Notes: generated by a model from the sequence alone, not told the origin. Shown: positions 33,360-42,078, counted from the stretch's first letter. The stretch is 64,000 bases of DNA from Chloroflexota bacterium (GCA_016190755.1 JACPPY010000072.1:37458-101457); one strand, 5' to 3'. A program made the numbers and translations.

Positions 33360-34493
33360 TTATCTCCTCGGATTATCTTCTCCAGGACTTGGATTATCGT
33401 CCGGCCTGCCCCTCGGTGTGGCGGTAGGTGTCGTCGCTGGCGTCAGGCTCGGAGTGGTAGTTGGTGTGGCCCTGGGTGTGGCCGCCGGCGTAGCTGTGGC
33501 TCTCGGAGTGGGAGTTGGTGTTAACGCTGGCGTGGCTCTCGGTGTGGCTGTCGGCGTAGCCGCCGGTGTGGCCCTTGGCGTGGGGGTTGGTGTTAACGCT
33601 GGCGTCACGGGAGGGCAGGGCACCGGAATGGGCGTCGCCGAGGGTGTCGCTTTCGGCGTAGCTGTAGGCGTTGGCCTTGGTTTGGGCGCCGGTTTGGCAT
33701 GTGGGCAAGCTCTGGCATGTGGGCAAGCTTTGGCATGCGGACAGTCCTTGGTCATGGCGCCGGTACCAGGGCGGCCTGTTATATTAAACTTACCGGGGAA
33801 TTGAGCTATGATGCCCTGACTGAGGATGTCAGCCATCCTCAACGCCTGCACATGGACTTTGTCGAAGGTCGCTACGTCAGTATCAAAAGCTCCTTTAAGG
33901 CGAGCAGTGGCTTCGAGGAACGTAAGGTTAAGGTGCTCCCTAAGCATAATTTTCATTGCGGCCGGTGGCCAGTTCTTCGGGTTTGCGTTGCTCAGGAACG
34001 TGGCGATCTTATTGCCATTGTCGTACCAGTCTTCCAATGCGGCGTCAAGCCTGGCGGCGTTGCCCGATTTTGCCCCTCTCAAGACGGCCACCGCACCGTT
34101 TATATGGTCCTTCAACAGCGCCGTCAGCCTCTCTCCAGCGGCATTACCGTAGAATGGCTTTATTGCGTTGCCGATATCTACCTGGTTCTTCAGCAGGCGA
34201 TCTATCGCGAAGTTAAGGTCCGGCAAACCACCCACGAAACTAATGATGACTACCCTTGTCCAGATAATATGGTCCTCCCATAGTTTCCTCATCCCATCGT
34301 GAAGCGCCCTCCTCTGTGCCGCACCCGAGGCCACGGCGGCGCCATCCATCATCCCTGATGAGTCCATGCCGGAGGACCCCGGCGTGGGAGTGTTATTTGG
34401 TGAGTCCGCCGAGGCAACGGTGGCGACCGCCGACAGGGCAATCGTCACAATCATGATCACCAGAACTATCTTGAATAAAATCCTTTTCATCAT
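33360..34493 (-). CDS. Secreted helical-domain protein with (A)CPHA(K/R) triple repeat and 110-aa Pro/Thr/Ala-rich C-terminal tail
   Basis: 377 aa. Sec signal (…ATVASA/D). Helical domain of about 190 aa (WEDHIIWTRVVIISF...NQVDIGNAIKPFYG...WYDNGNKIATFLSNANP...ADILSQGIIAQFPGKF). DCPHAKACPHARACPHAK at 33693-33743. PT-rich tail to the stop, with no TM or sorting motif seen. Confidence 0.7.
   Translation of the reverse strand: MMKRILFKIVLVIMIVTIALSAVATVASADSPNNTPTPGSSGMDSSGMMDGAAVASGAAQRRALHDGMRKLWEDHIIWTRVVIISFVGGLPDLNFAIDRLLKNQVDIGNAIKPFYGNAAGERLTALLKDHINGAVAVLRGAKSGNAARLDAALEDWYDNGNKIATFLSNANPKNWPPAAMKIMLREHLNLTFLEATARLKGAFDTDVATFDKVHVQALRMADILSQGIIAQFPGKFNITGRPGTGAMTKDCPHAKACPHARACPHAKPAPKPRPTPTATPKATPSATPIPVPCPPVTPALTPTPTPRATPAATPTATPRATPALTPTPTPRATATPAATPRATPTTTPSLTPATTPTATPRGRPDDNPSPGEDNPRR
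33460..33606. repeat. Tandem 72-bp coding repeat (about 2 copies) in the PT tail
   Basis: AGTTGGTGTTAACGCTGGCGT at 33513-33533 recurs as GGTTGGTGTTAACGCTGGCGT at 33585-33605, an offset of 72 bp, with similar flanks. It encodes TPALTPTPTPRATPA(A)TP... units. Confidence 0.6.
33693..33746. repeat. Tandem 18-bp coding repeat x3
   Basis: TTTGGCATGTGGGCAAGC / TCTGGCATGTGGGCAAGC / TTTGGCATGCGGACAGTC. On the minus strand this encodes the ACPHA(K/R) hexapeptide repeats. Confidence 0.75.
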
Positions 34494-35005
34494 AAACTCC
34501 TCTTGTCTTTAGTGACTTTCCAGTCGGGTTTGCAATTGGATCGTTAGATATTGACCTACATACCGTGACCCCTCTTTCTTCAGTGTGTATTCGCACCGCG
34601 CACGTAGTGGAATGGAAAGAAATGCTCGATAAGCTCATCTAACGGAATCCAGTCTGAAGAAGGGCTTAACCGAAGGATACCGGTGTTTCAGCTGTCTTGT
34701 GCTCGGGGAAAAAGGCCTCGAGATTCCAGGAAAGCTGCCAGGCAAAGTCCGGCCTGTGCGGTATGGTCCTTTTCTTCTTGGTCTCGATTATCGAGCGATG
34801 TGCCCTATTCTGTTTCTGATATCCCCCATTTCATTCTGCATTGCGCCGCTTGGATGCGCTATCCGTATCAGCACCTAATGGTGGTGCTGAGGGACGCTAT
34901 GCCTGAGCAGCGGCTCTTTCGCTCGAACGTATACTGGTCAGGGCAGCACACTTACGTATTCGGCATGGGCGACCCTTAACCGGGAAACAGATTTATCAAC
35001 GAGGC

Positions 35006-35042
35006 CATTTTTCCCAGAACACTTAACCAGTGACGGAATCAT
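35006..35042 (+). promoter_or_regulatory. Conserved 37-nt upstream box, copy 1
   Basis: CATTTTTCCCAGAACACTTAACCAGTGACGGAATCAT. It is 35/37 identical to 41084-41120 and ends 18 nt upstream of a -35 hexamer. It contains the small inverted repeat CACT-N5-AGTG. Confidence 0.5.
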
Positions 35043-35060
35043 GTAGTTGTAACGAGTGAC

Positions 35061-35090
35061 TTGACATTGATGTTTTGGCGTTGTTACAAT
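35061..35090 (+). promoter_or_regulatory. Putative sigma70-type promoter of the SBP/amidohydrolase operon
   Basis: TTGACA (35061-35066), 18-nt spacer, TACAAT (35085-35090). This would give a leader of about 225 nt before ATG 35321. Confidence 0.5.
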
Positions 35091-35320
35091 AGTCGTCATG
35101 GTAACTGCTCCCTTTGAAAGACTGTATTTCTCATGGCGTCTAGCTATGTCGAAAACAAGTCAGGGGGGCAGTTGTTCAGACCTGCAATCTGACGAACGAG
35201 CGATAGACCTTCGTTAAAAATGGGCACCTGCACCGACGCATGGTGGTGACAGATGTGATAACAGATGATGAGTGCACGAGGTGAGCTGGGGGAACATCCT
35301 ATTCTATCTGGGAGGTTTTT

Positions 35321-37021
35321 ATGCACAGGAGATGCCCGTTGAAGTCGCTTGTAAGTATCAGCCTAGTCCTGGTATTGGTGCTGTCGTTCGCAGCGGCTTG
35401 CGCCCGCCCCACTTCCACATCGACCCAGAAGCCGGCTACAACAACGAGTCCGGCGGTTACCACGCCCAAATCGAGCCCGGCGATTACTTCCACAACGAGT
35501 CCTACAGCTACTACGACCAAACCAAGCTCGGCGGTTACCACGCCAAAACCGAGTCCGACAGTCACGCCCAGATACGGTGGAACGCTAAAAATGAGCGTCA
35601 CCTTCATCGCGAAAAATATTGGGTACCCACCGAAAATGATCCCCGGAAACGACTCCGCCTGGGCGATACCTGCTGTCGAGACACTGCTTCGCTGGGATGA
35701 GCAGGGCCGCCCGACTCCGCACCTGGCCACGGATTGGAAAGTAAGCCCGGACGGGAAATCTATCACGATGAGCCTGAGAAAAGGAGTGAAATTCCACGAT
35801 GGTACAGACTTCAACGCAGAGGCAGTTAAGTTCAACCTCGAGGCATACCGCAAGGTTGGGCAATTTGCCTACCTGACGCAACTGACCTCGGTGGATGTTA
35901 TTGACGAGTACACGGTGCGGCTTAATCTTTCGCAATATGCCAATACGGTTTTTACCGACCTGGGGCAGTGGTCTGGCTACATAGTATCGCCCACCGCAGT
36001 CAAGACCAGGGGTGAAGAGTGGGTTACAACCCACCCCGTCGGGACCGGTCCGTTCAAATTCAAGAGCTTCACACCCGATGTATCCGTTGTGTATGAGAAG
36101 TTCGATGGATACTGGCAAAAAGGCAAGCCCTATCTTGATGGGGTACAAATCGACTACGCCAAGGACTCCATGACAGCCTCGGCAGCCTTGAAGGCGGGGC
36201 AACTCCAGATGGTGCGTGACTCCACGGCCAGAAGCGCTACAAACGCCAATGATTTCAAAGCCTCGGGCCTTGAGGTGGTCGGCTATCCGGCGGCAATCGT
36301 AGGCCTGGCGGGTGACAGCAAGAACTCCAACTCGCCCTTCGCCAACAAGAAGGTGCGCGAGGCAGTTGAGCATGCTATCGACAAACAGGCGATAAATAAA
36401 GCATTGGGGTATGGTTTCTGGATACCTATTGACCAATGGGCTCCTCCCGGCAGTATCGGTGAAAACCCGGGCTATAAGGGCCGCCAGTACGATCCTCAGA
36501 AGGCAAAACAGTTGCTGGCTGAAGCTGGCTATGCCAGCGGTTTCAAGACCAAGCTTATCCTGGCCATCTTCATAGGCAAAGACCCGATGGTCGCCGTGCA
36601 ACGCTATCTCAGTGACGTAGGGATACAGGCTGACATAGATACGCCCGACCCGGGCAAATACGCTGCCCACAGAAGAACGGAGGGCTGGAGCAACTCCCTG
36701 TTCAGCTTCTTGTTTGGAGTGTACCCCAACTATACTGCTGGCCTGGCCGGACAGTTGCCACCCGATAACACAGACCTGATCAGCGTGGCCAGGCCAGCCG
36801 GATGGGGAGACCTGATGTCGCGGGCCATTGGCGCAACCGACTTTGAGACGCATAAGAAGCTCACGGCTGAACTGGTGAAGAACCTGGCTGACGAAGCGCT
36901 GGTACTGCCGCTTTTCGTAGCCCAGTCGTACGTCGCCAAGCCAAAATATGTCCGCGACGATAACCAGATGAAGGTAGACTACTACATCTGGACTCCGGAG
37001 AGCGCCTGGTTTGACAAATAG
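35321..37021 (+). CDS. ABC transporter substrate-binding lipoprotein, family 5 (peptide/nickel/opine type)
   Basis: 566 aa. Lipobox SFAAAC and an ST/P-rich linker. SBP_bac_5-like core (RYGGTLKM...LLRWDEQGRPTPHLATDWKVSPDGKSITMSLRKGVKFHDGTDFNAEAVKFN). RBS GGGAGG. Confidence 0.9.
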   Translation: MHRRCPLKSLVSISLVLVLVLSFAAACARPTSTSTQKPATTTSPAVTTPKSSPAITSTTSPTATTTKPSSAVTTPKPSPTVTPRYGGTLKMSVTFIAKNIGYPPKMIPGNDSAWAIPAVETLLRWDEQGRPTPHLATDWKVSPDGKSITMSLRKGVKFHDGTDFNAEAVKFNLEAYRKVGQFAYLTQLTSVDVIDEYTVRLNLSQYANTVFTDLGQWSGYIVSPTAVKTRGEEWVTTHPVGTGPFKFKSFTPDVSVVYEKFDGYWQKGKPYLDGVQIDYAKDSMTASAALKAGQLQMVRDSTARSATNANDFKASGLEVVGYPAAIVGLAGDSKNSNSPFANKKVREAVEHAIDKQAINKALGYGFWIPIDQWAPPGSIGENPGYKGRQYDPQKAKQLLAEAGYASGFKTKLILAIFIGKDPMVAVQRYLSDVGIQADIDTPDPGKYAAHRRTEGWSNSLFSFLFGVYPNYTAGLAGQLPPDNTDLISVARPAGWGDLMSRAIGATDFETHKKLTAELVKNLADEALVLPLFVAQSYVAKPKYVRDDNQMKVDYYIWTPESAWFDK

Positions 37022-37159
37022 ATAATCATATAGACGCTGTCCGCGGCACGGAATCTCAATGGCCTGTATTTGTCGGATTCCGTGCCGCGGTTTGATATCC
37101 GCATTCAGGGGACCCCTGGCAAGACACCGAACAAAGGTTATATTTCGCGAGAGAAAAGC

Positions 37160-38680
37160 GTGCCTTCGAGCATCATTAGAGGAAAGTACCTGCTCTGCAA
37201 AGCGAACGATCGCGACGTGGTCGAGTTGATTGAGGATGGCGCTGTTCTCCAGAGAAACGGCGAGATAATAGATGTCGGCAAATACAGCAGCGTTGCGAGC
37301 GAACATGCCGCCGATGAAGTTATCGGATCAGACCGGCACATTGTGCTCCCCGGCCTGGTGAACGCCCACCAGCACGGCAAGGGCGTTTCGTTTGTCCTGA
37401 TGGGCACTGTTGACGACGGCTTTGAATTCTGGGAACCCCGTTTGATGAAGCGCCGGCCGGTTGATCCCTATTTCGATACCATGTATTGCATCGCCAGGTC
37501 GATAGAGTCGGGAGTGACCACGGTGATGCATAGTCATCCACCAAGAAGCCGTCAGTCTGACCAGACCTATGAAGAAGAGGTGATGAGCACTCTACGAGCC
37601 TATGCTGATGGTGGCATCAGGGTCGCCTTTGCTCTAGGAATCAGGGATAAGTACAGCTTCGTTTACCCGGATAATCAGGAATTCCTCGACTCACTGCCCT
37701 CTCCGTTGGCTGATCGAAGCCGTGGATACCTCGCAGGTATCATGCCGTCAGAAGATGACTATTTCGCGCTTTTTGAGAAACTGCACAGGGAGTATGAGGC
37801 TGACCCCAAAGTAAGCATACTGCACGGGCCCAGCGCCTTACACTGGTGTTCTGACAAGCTGCTTGCTCGCGTCAAACAGTCGGCAGACGAGCACCGGGCC
37901 GGAATACACACTCATATGTTAGAGACGCCCTATCAAAAGCTTTACGGGCTTACGAAGTTCGGCAAAACCTTTCCGCAACACCTTAGCGAAATAGGGTTTT
38001 TTGGCCCCAGGGTATCCCTTGCCCATTGCGGTTGGGTAACCGAGGATGACATCGAACTGCTGGCCCGAAGCGGCGCTTCAGTTTGCCATAACCCCAGCTC
38101 CAACCTGCGTCTCAAGAATGGCATCGCCCCGATTAACCGGATGCTGGAAAGAGGAGTTAATGTTGCCCTGGGAACGGACAACCTTGCCTTAAATGATGAC
38201 GATGACATCATACAGGACCTGAGGCTCTGCGCGAACCTTCATCGCATCTCCGGCATGGGAAGGCCCAGTCCGACATCTGGCCAACTCCTGAAGATGGTAA
38301 CGACCAACGGAGCGAAGACAACCCTTTTCGGAAATGAGATTGGAGCATTGGAGAAAGGCAAAAGGGCCGATATCATCCTCATCGACCTCCAGAATATTCT
38401 TGAGCCCTACTGTGACGCCGGAACAAGCATTGCGGATGTTTTGTGGACACGAGCGAAAAGCACTGATGTGGATACTGTCATGATTAACGGGGAGATCGTA
38501 TTCCGCGAAAGGAAGCATACCAGGATAAATAAAGAGAAAATTGTGGCGGGCTTAAGAGAGTCGCTCGCCAGAGGCCTTAACAAGGGCGATCTTGAAAGGA
38601 TGAAACTGACTGACGAGCTTTCCCCCTATATTCGGAAGTACTGGCAGGGGCGGCTCGATAAAGAGGGCGCACGCTTTTAG
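37160..38680 (+). CDS. Amidohydrolase superfamily aminohydrolase/deaminase (chlorohydrolase / SsnA / guanine-deaminase-like)
   Basis: Metal-ligand blocks LPGLVNAHQHG, GIHTHMLET, SLAHC and ALGTDN. Start is uncertain: the track gives TTG 37070, whereas GTG 37160 gives the family-typical N-terminus (IIRGKYLLCK...). Confidence 0.8.
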   Translation: MPSSIIRGKYLLCKANDRDVVELIEDGAVLQRNGEIIDVGKYSSVASEHAADEVIGSDRHIVLPGLVNAHQHGKGVSFVLMGTVDDGFEFWEPRLMKRRPVDPYFDTMYCIARSIESGVTTVMHSHPPRSRQSDQTYEEEVMSTLRAYADGGIRVAFALGIRDKYSFVYPDNQEFLDSLPSPLADRSRGYLAGIMPSEDDYFALFEKLHREYEADPKVSILHGPSALHWCSDKLLARVKQSADEHRAGIHTHMLETPYQKLYGLTKFGKTFPQHLSEIGFFGPRVSLAHCGWVTEDDIELLARSGASVCHNPSSNLRLKNGIAPINRMLERGVNVALGTDNLALNDDDDIIQDLRLCANLHRISGMGRPSPTSGQLLKMVTTNGAKTTLFGNEIGALEKGKRADIILIDLQNILEPYCDAGTSIADVLWTRAKSTDVDTVMINGEIVFRERKHTRINKEKIVAGLRESLARGLNKGDLERMKLTDELSPYIRKYWQGRLDKEGARF

Positions 38681-38707
38681 CAGTTTTTGAAATTGGAAGG
38701 AGGCAAG

Positions 38708-40075
38708 ATGGAAGACCTGGCTATCAAAAACGGCCTGGTGGTGACCCCCTCCGGTGTATTGATGGGCGGCCTCACGGCCAAGAACGGCAGGATAACCTGC
38801 GTCGGTGATGACGCATCGCTGGCCCAGGCCAAGACTACGGTGGACGCCGCCGGGAAATATATCCTGCCCGGCCTCATCGACACCCATGCCCACCTTGGGC
38901 TCAACGAATATTTGGGTCCTTCCGGCGCCTTTGGGCCTGAGATAAGGTCGGAATCGGCGGCTGCGGCTATCTCAGGCATCACCACGCTGGTCACCACCAG
39001 CTCTTCTTCTCACTTCAACCCGAAGCTTTCCCGGCTTGAGATACAGAAGAGGGACAAGCTGGTCGGGGCGCAGAACTCCTTCATCGACTTCAAGATCACA
39101 CACGTCATGGTTACGGAAGGCCATCTTAATGAGATCCCTGCACTTTTCAAGGAGGGTTGCACCTCCTTCAAGTTCCATCCTTCATTCGCAACGGACTGGG
39201 CGTTCATCTACAGAGGGTATCAGACGATAGGGAGCCTTGGGAGGCAGGCCCTGGCCTGCCAGCATGCCGAGCAGGCGCAGATCATCAATATGCTCACCGA
39301 CAGGGCCAGGGCTAAAGGCGGTAGCGACCTTAAGGCCTTCTTCGACGCCAGGCCTCCCCTCACCGAAGCCATGGATGTAGCCATGGTGGGCCTCATCGGC
39401 CTGGATGTGGGCTGCACCACCTATATCGTCCACATCAGCGCCAAGCAGACCATGGATGTGATCAAGTTCCTCAGGCAGATGGGCTCCAGGGTCTATGCCG
39501 AGACCTGCCCCCACTACCTGGCCAGGACGGACGACGAACCCCTGGGCATTGAAGCCAAGCTGATGCCTCCCATACGGGAGAAGTCACACCCCGAGCGGCT
39601 CTGGCAGGCGGTGGCCGAGGGCACCATCGACACCATTGGCCAGGACTCCGGGCTTTCGGACCTGCACCGGGACAAGCGGGACAGGGGAATATGGGACGCG
39701 CGGCCAAGCTGGCCAGGAATGGGGGCGATGCTGCCGGTGATGATGACCTATGGGGTGCACAAGGGGAAGATCTCTATGGAGCAGCTGGTCAAGATAACCT
39801 CGGAGAACAGCGCCAGGGCCTTCTCCATCTACCCCAAGAAGGGTGTGCTGAGCCCTGGCTCTGACGCCGACATTGTCATCGTTGACCCTGACCTTGAATG
39901 GAAGCTGGGTGTTGAGAGCTTGAAGGGAGGCATGAGCTGGACGCCGTGGGAAGGGATACCGGTGAAGGGCAAGGCGGTCAAGACCTTTGTTCGTGGGAGG
40001 CTGGTGGCGGAAGAGGGGCATCTGGTTTCGGAAGCCCCAAGGGGGGAGTTTATCGAGCCGATACTGCTTTACTAG
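38708..40075 (+). CDS. Cyclic amidohydrolase (D-hydantoinase / dihydropyrimidinase-like)
   Basis: Track ORF trimmed to ATG 38708 (RBS GGAGG). N-terminus LAIKNGLVVTP...GKYILPGLIDTHAHLG. Candidate carbamylated Lys context TSFKFH. About 455 aa. Confidence 0.85.
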   Translation: MEDLAIKNGLVVTPSGVLMGGLTAKNGRITCVGDDASLAQAKTTVDAAGKYILPGLIDTHAHLGLNEYLGPSGAFGPEIRSESAAAAISGITTLVTTSSSSHFNPKLSRLEIQKRDKLVGAQNSFIDFKITHVMVTEGHLNEIPALFKEGCTSFKFHPSFATDWAFIYRGYQTIGSLGRQALACQHAEQAQIINMLTDRARAKGGSDLKAFFDARPPLTEAMDVAMVGLIGLDVGCTTYIVHISAKQTMDVIKFLRQMGSRVYAETCPHYLARTDDEPLGIEAKLMPPIREKSHPERLWQAVAEGTIDTIGQDSGLSDLHRDKRDRGIWDARPSWPGMGAMLPVMMTYGVHKGKISMEQLVKITSENSARAFSIYPKKGVLSPGSDADIVIVDPDLEWKLGVESLKGGMSWTPWEGIPVKGKAVKTFVRGRLVAEEGHLVSEAPRGEFIEPILLY

Positions 40076-40095
40076 TATCAAAGAGGAGAACAGAG

Positions 40096-41007
40096 ATGGG
40101 ACGTTACCTGACCGTAGCGGCTGCCCAGATGGGGCCTGGCTCGGAGAACAAGGCTGAAAATGTAAAGAGGATGCTGGTGCTCATCAAGGAGGCGGCACAG
40201 CAGAAGGTAGATTTCATCGGTTTTGTGGAGCTGGCGCTGACACCCTTCTTCGCCATGGAGGTGATAGCGGACTACGACCACTACTACGAAGAGCAGATGC
40301 CCTCGCCACTGACGGAGCCTTTGTTTAAAGCGGCCAGAGAGGCGAACATGGGCATGGTATTGCCGTATGCTGAGAAAGACCCTCTATACGGCCGCTATTA
40401 TAACTCGTCTATCATTGTCGATTGCGATGGGACAATACTGGGCAAATACCGCAAGACCCATGTACCAGGCGCTATGTTTCTCATGGAAAACAAGCAAGGG
40501 CCCGGCGGTACAGCGCAGAAAACATACTATTTCATGGAGAAGAGGTATTTTGCGCCTGGGGACCTTGGTTTTCCGGTGTTCCAGTCCAAGAAAGAAGGGG
40601 CCAAGATCGGAGTGCTCATATGTTTTGACCGGCGCTTTCCCGAGGCTTGCCGTTGCCTGGCTCTTTCAGGCGCTGAGGTGGTCTTCATACCCTACAATAC
40701 TCCGGGCGACGCTCTTTTGGCCGGGATGTCTCCAAATATGAACGAGATCGTATTGAGGACAAGAGCATATGAGGACTTCTTCTATGTGGTAGGTGTAGGC
40801 AGGGCCGGGATCGCCTATGGCAGGCAGTTCAACGCCGGCAGCCTGATCGCTGAAGCAGGCACTGGCGACGTCAAGGCCATGGTCTCAACGGACGGGGATG
40901 AGCTCGTCAGCGCTACCATTGACTTGGACAAAGTGACTGCAGGTCGCTACGGGTACCATGGTTTTTGTGAACGAAGGCCAGAGCTTTATAGGCCAGTAGT
41001 ACTTTAG
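40096..41007 (+). CDS. Carbon-nitrogen hydrolase (N-carbamoyl-amino-acid amidohydrolase / beta-ureidopropionase-like)
   Basis: Track ORF trimmed to ATG 40096 (RBS AGAGGAG). Nitrilase-superfamily triad contexts FVELALT (Glu), YRKTHVPG (Lys) and GVLICFDRRFPE (Cys). Confidence 0.85.
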   Translation: MGRYLTVAAAQMGPGSENKAENVKRMLVLIKEAAQQKVDFIGFVELALTPFFAMEVIADYDHYYEEQMPSPLTEPLFKAAREANMGMVLPYAEKDPLYGRYYNSSIIVDCDGTILGKYRKTHVPGAMFLMENKQGPGGTAQKTYYFMEKRYFAPGDLGFPVFQSKKEGAKIGVLICFDRRFPEACRCLALSGAEVVFIPYNTPGDALLAGMSPNMNEIVLRTRAYEDFFYVVGVGRAGIAYGRQFNAGSLIAEAGTGDVKAMVSTDGDELVSATIDLDKVTAGRYGYHGFCERRPELYRPVVL

Positions 41008-41031
41008 AGATATTCGCGCCTCATCCATTGC

Positions 41032-41063
41032 CGTTGAACTTGTGCTTTCCCCTTTGTTCAACG
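41032..41063 (+). terminator. Weak stem-loop after the carbamoylase gene
   Basis: 8-bp stem CGTTGAAC / GTTCAACG with a 16-nt loop, followed by TCACCTTCTTTAT. Confidence 0.3.
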
Positions 41064-41083
41064 TCACCTTCTTTATGGAGTGA

Positions 41084-41120
41084 CATTTTCCCCAGAACAC
41101 TTAGCCAGTGACGGAATCAT
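41084..41120 (+). promoter_or_regulatory. Conserved 37-nt upstream box, copy 2
   Basis: CATTTTCCCCAGAACACTTAGCCAGTGACGGAATCAT. It is 35/37 identical to 35006-35042 and ends 20 nt upstream of a -35 hexamer. Confidence 0.5.
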
Positions 41121-41140
41121 AAAAACTCGAACGGATTTCC

Positions 41141-41169
41141 TTGACCGTCCTCAGTCACCTTGATACAAT
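41141..41169 (+). promoter_or_regulatory. Putative sigma70-type promoter of the crotonase-hbd-thiolase operon
   Basis: TTGACC (41141-41146), 17-nt spacer, TACAAT (41164-41169). Lies 87 nt upstream of GTG 41257, which has RBS AAGGAGG. Confidence 0.55.
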
Positions 41170-41256
41170 TGCCATTTGGTCGTGAAGAAAACGCCTCCAA
41201 CGACCCAGCTTCCGGGGACGCTCAATGCTATTTCCGAGAGCTAAGGAGGGTAATCC

Positions 41257-42027
41257 GTGCCACTGCAGTACGCCAAAGAAGGCAAGATAGCGATCTTCAC
41301 ACTGAATCGCCCCGAGGCCATGAACTCTATGGACCCCGACACTCTTAAGGAGTACCACGAGGCCCTCGTCGATTTTCGGGACGATGACAACCTGTGGGTA
41401 GGCGTCGTTACCGGTTCCGGCAACAAGGCCTTCTGCGCCGGGGCCGATGTCAAGAAAACACTCCCCTGGATGAAGGAATTAGTTGACCGCCCATGGTCGT
41501 ACCCGCAAACCACTATGCGCGGCCTTGAGCTGTGGAAGCCGCTTATTGCCGCCGTTAACGGGTTAGCCCTGGGCGGCGGATTTGAGATAGCGCTTTCCTG
41601 CGACATACGCATTGCCTCGGAGAACGCAATGTTTGGCGTACCTGAGGTCAGGCTCGGCCTTATACCGGGCTGGGGCGGCACAGCCAGGCTGTCGCAGATG
41701 CTGCCGGCTTCCATGGCCGCCGAGATGCTGTTTACAGGCAAGCCCATAAACGCGCAGGAGGCCTACCGCCTGGGGCTGGTGAACAGGGTGGTGTCACTAT
41801 CGGAGCTCATGAACTCCGCCCGCCAGACAGCCGCCAGCATATGCGAGTGCGCCCCCCTGGCGGTGAGGGATGCCAAGAGGGTCATGCAGGCTTCAAGGCA
41901 GGCCGTACTTGATGGAGCGCTGAGGTTGGAAGCTCAGTTCTTCGACCAGTTGCTCCAGACCGAGGACTTTGAAGAGGGCACGGCAGCCTTCGTGGGCAAG
42001 AGGCCGGCGAACTTCAGGGGCAAATAA
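41257..42027 (+). CDS. Enoyl-CoA hydratase/isomerase (crotonase) family protein
   Basis: 256 aa. Motifs IAIFTLNRPEAMNSM, FCAGADV and AAVNGLALGGGFEIALSCDIRIA. Confidence 0.9.
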   Translation: MPLQYAKEGKIAIFTLNRPEAMNSMDPDTLKEYHEALVDFRDDDNLWVGVVTGSGNKAFCAGADVKKTLPWMKELVDRPWSYPQTTMRGLELWKPLIAAVNGLALGGGFEIALSCDIRIASENAMFGVPEVRLGLIPGWGGTARLSQMLPASMAAEMLFTGKPINAQEAYRLGLVNRVVSLSELMNSARQTAASICECAPLAVRDAKRVMQASRQAVLDGALRLEAQFFDQLLQTEDFEEGTAAFVGKRPANFRGK

Positions 42028-42078
42028 AGCCAATAGTTCGATACACTGCCAAAAACACGCTTCAGGAGAGATACGATC

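Noticed and set aside
33363-33746. Regular short-period repeats that could look like a CRISPR array or satellite. Similar periodicity occurs at about 30710-30910.
   Set aside because: They lie inside well-supported ORFs and encode Pro/Thr linker and CPHA(K/R) peptide repeats. The periods (18 and 72 bp) are multiples of three, and there are no spacer-like unique segments and no cas genes.
34683-34979. 98-aa plus-strand ORF in the 830-bp gap between 34493 and 35321. Related cases are ORFs 32574-32942 (+) and 32976-33206 (-) in the 860-bp gap upstream of the propeller gene.
   Set aside because: They have no RBS, odd composition (Cys/Trp/Arg/Ser-rich) and no motifs. The latter two overlap the palindromic repeat copies. 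I regard these as non-coding regions that hold promoters, leaders and repeat elements.
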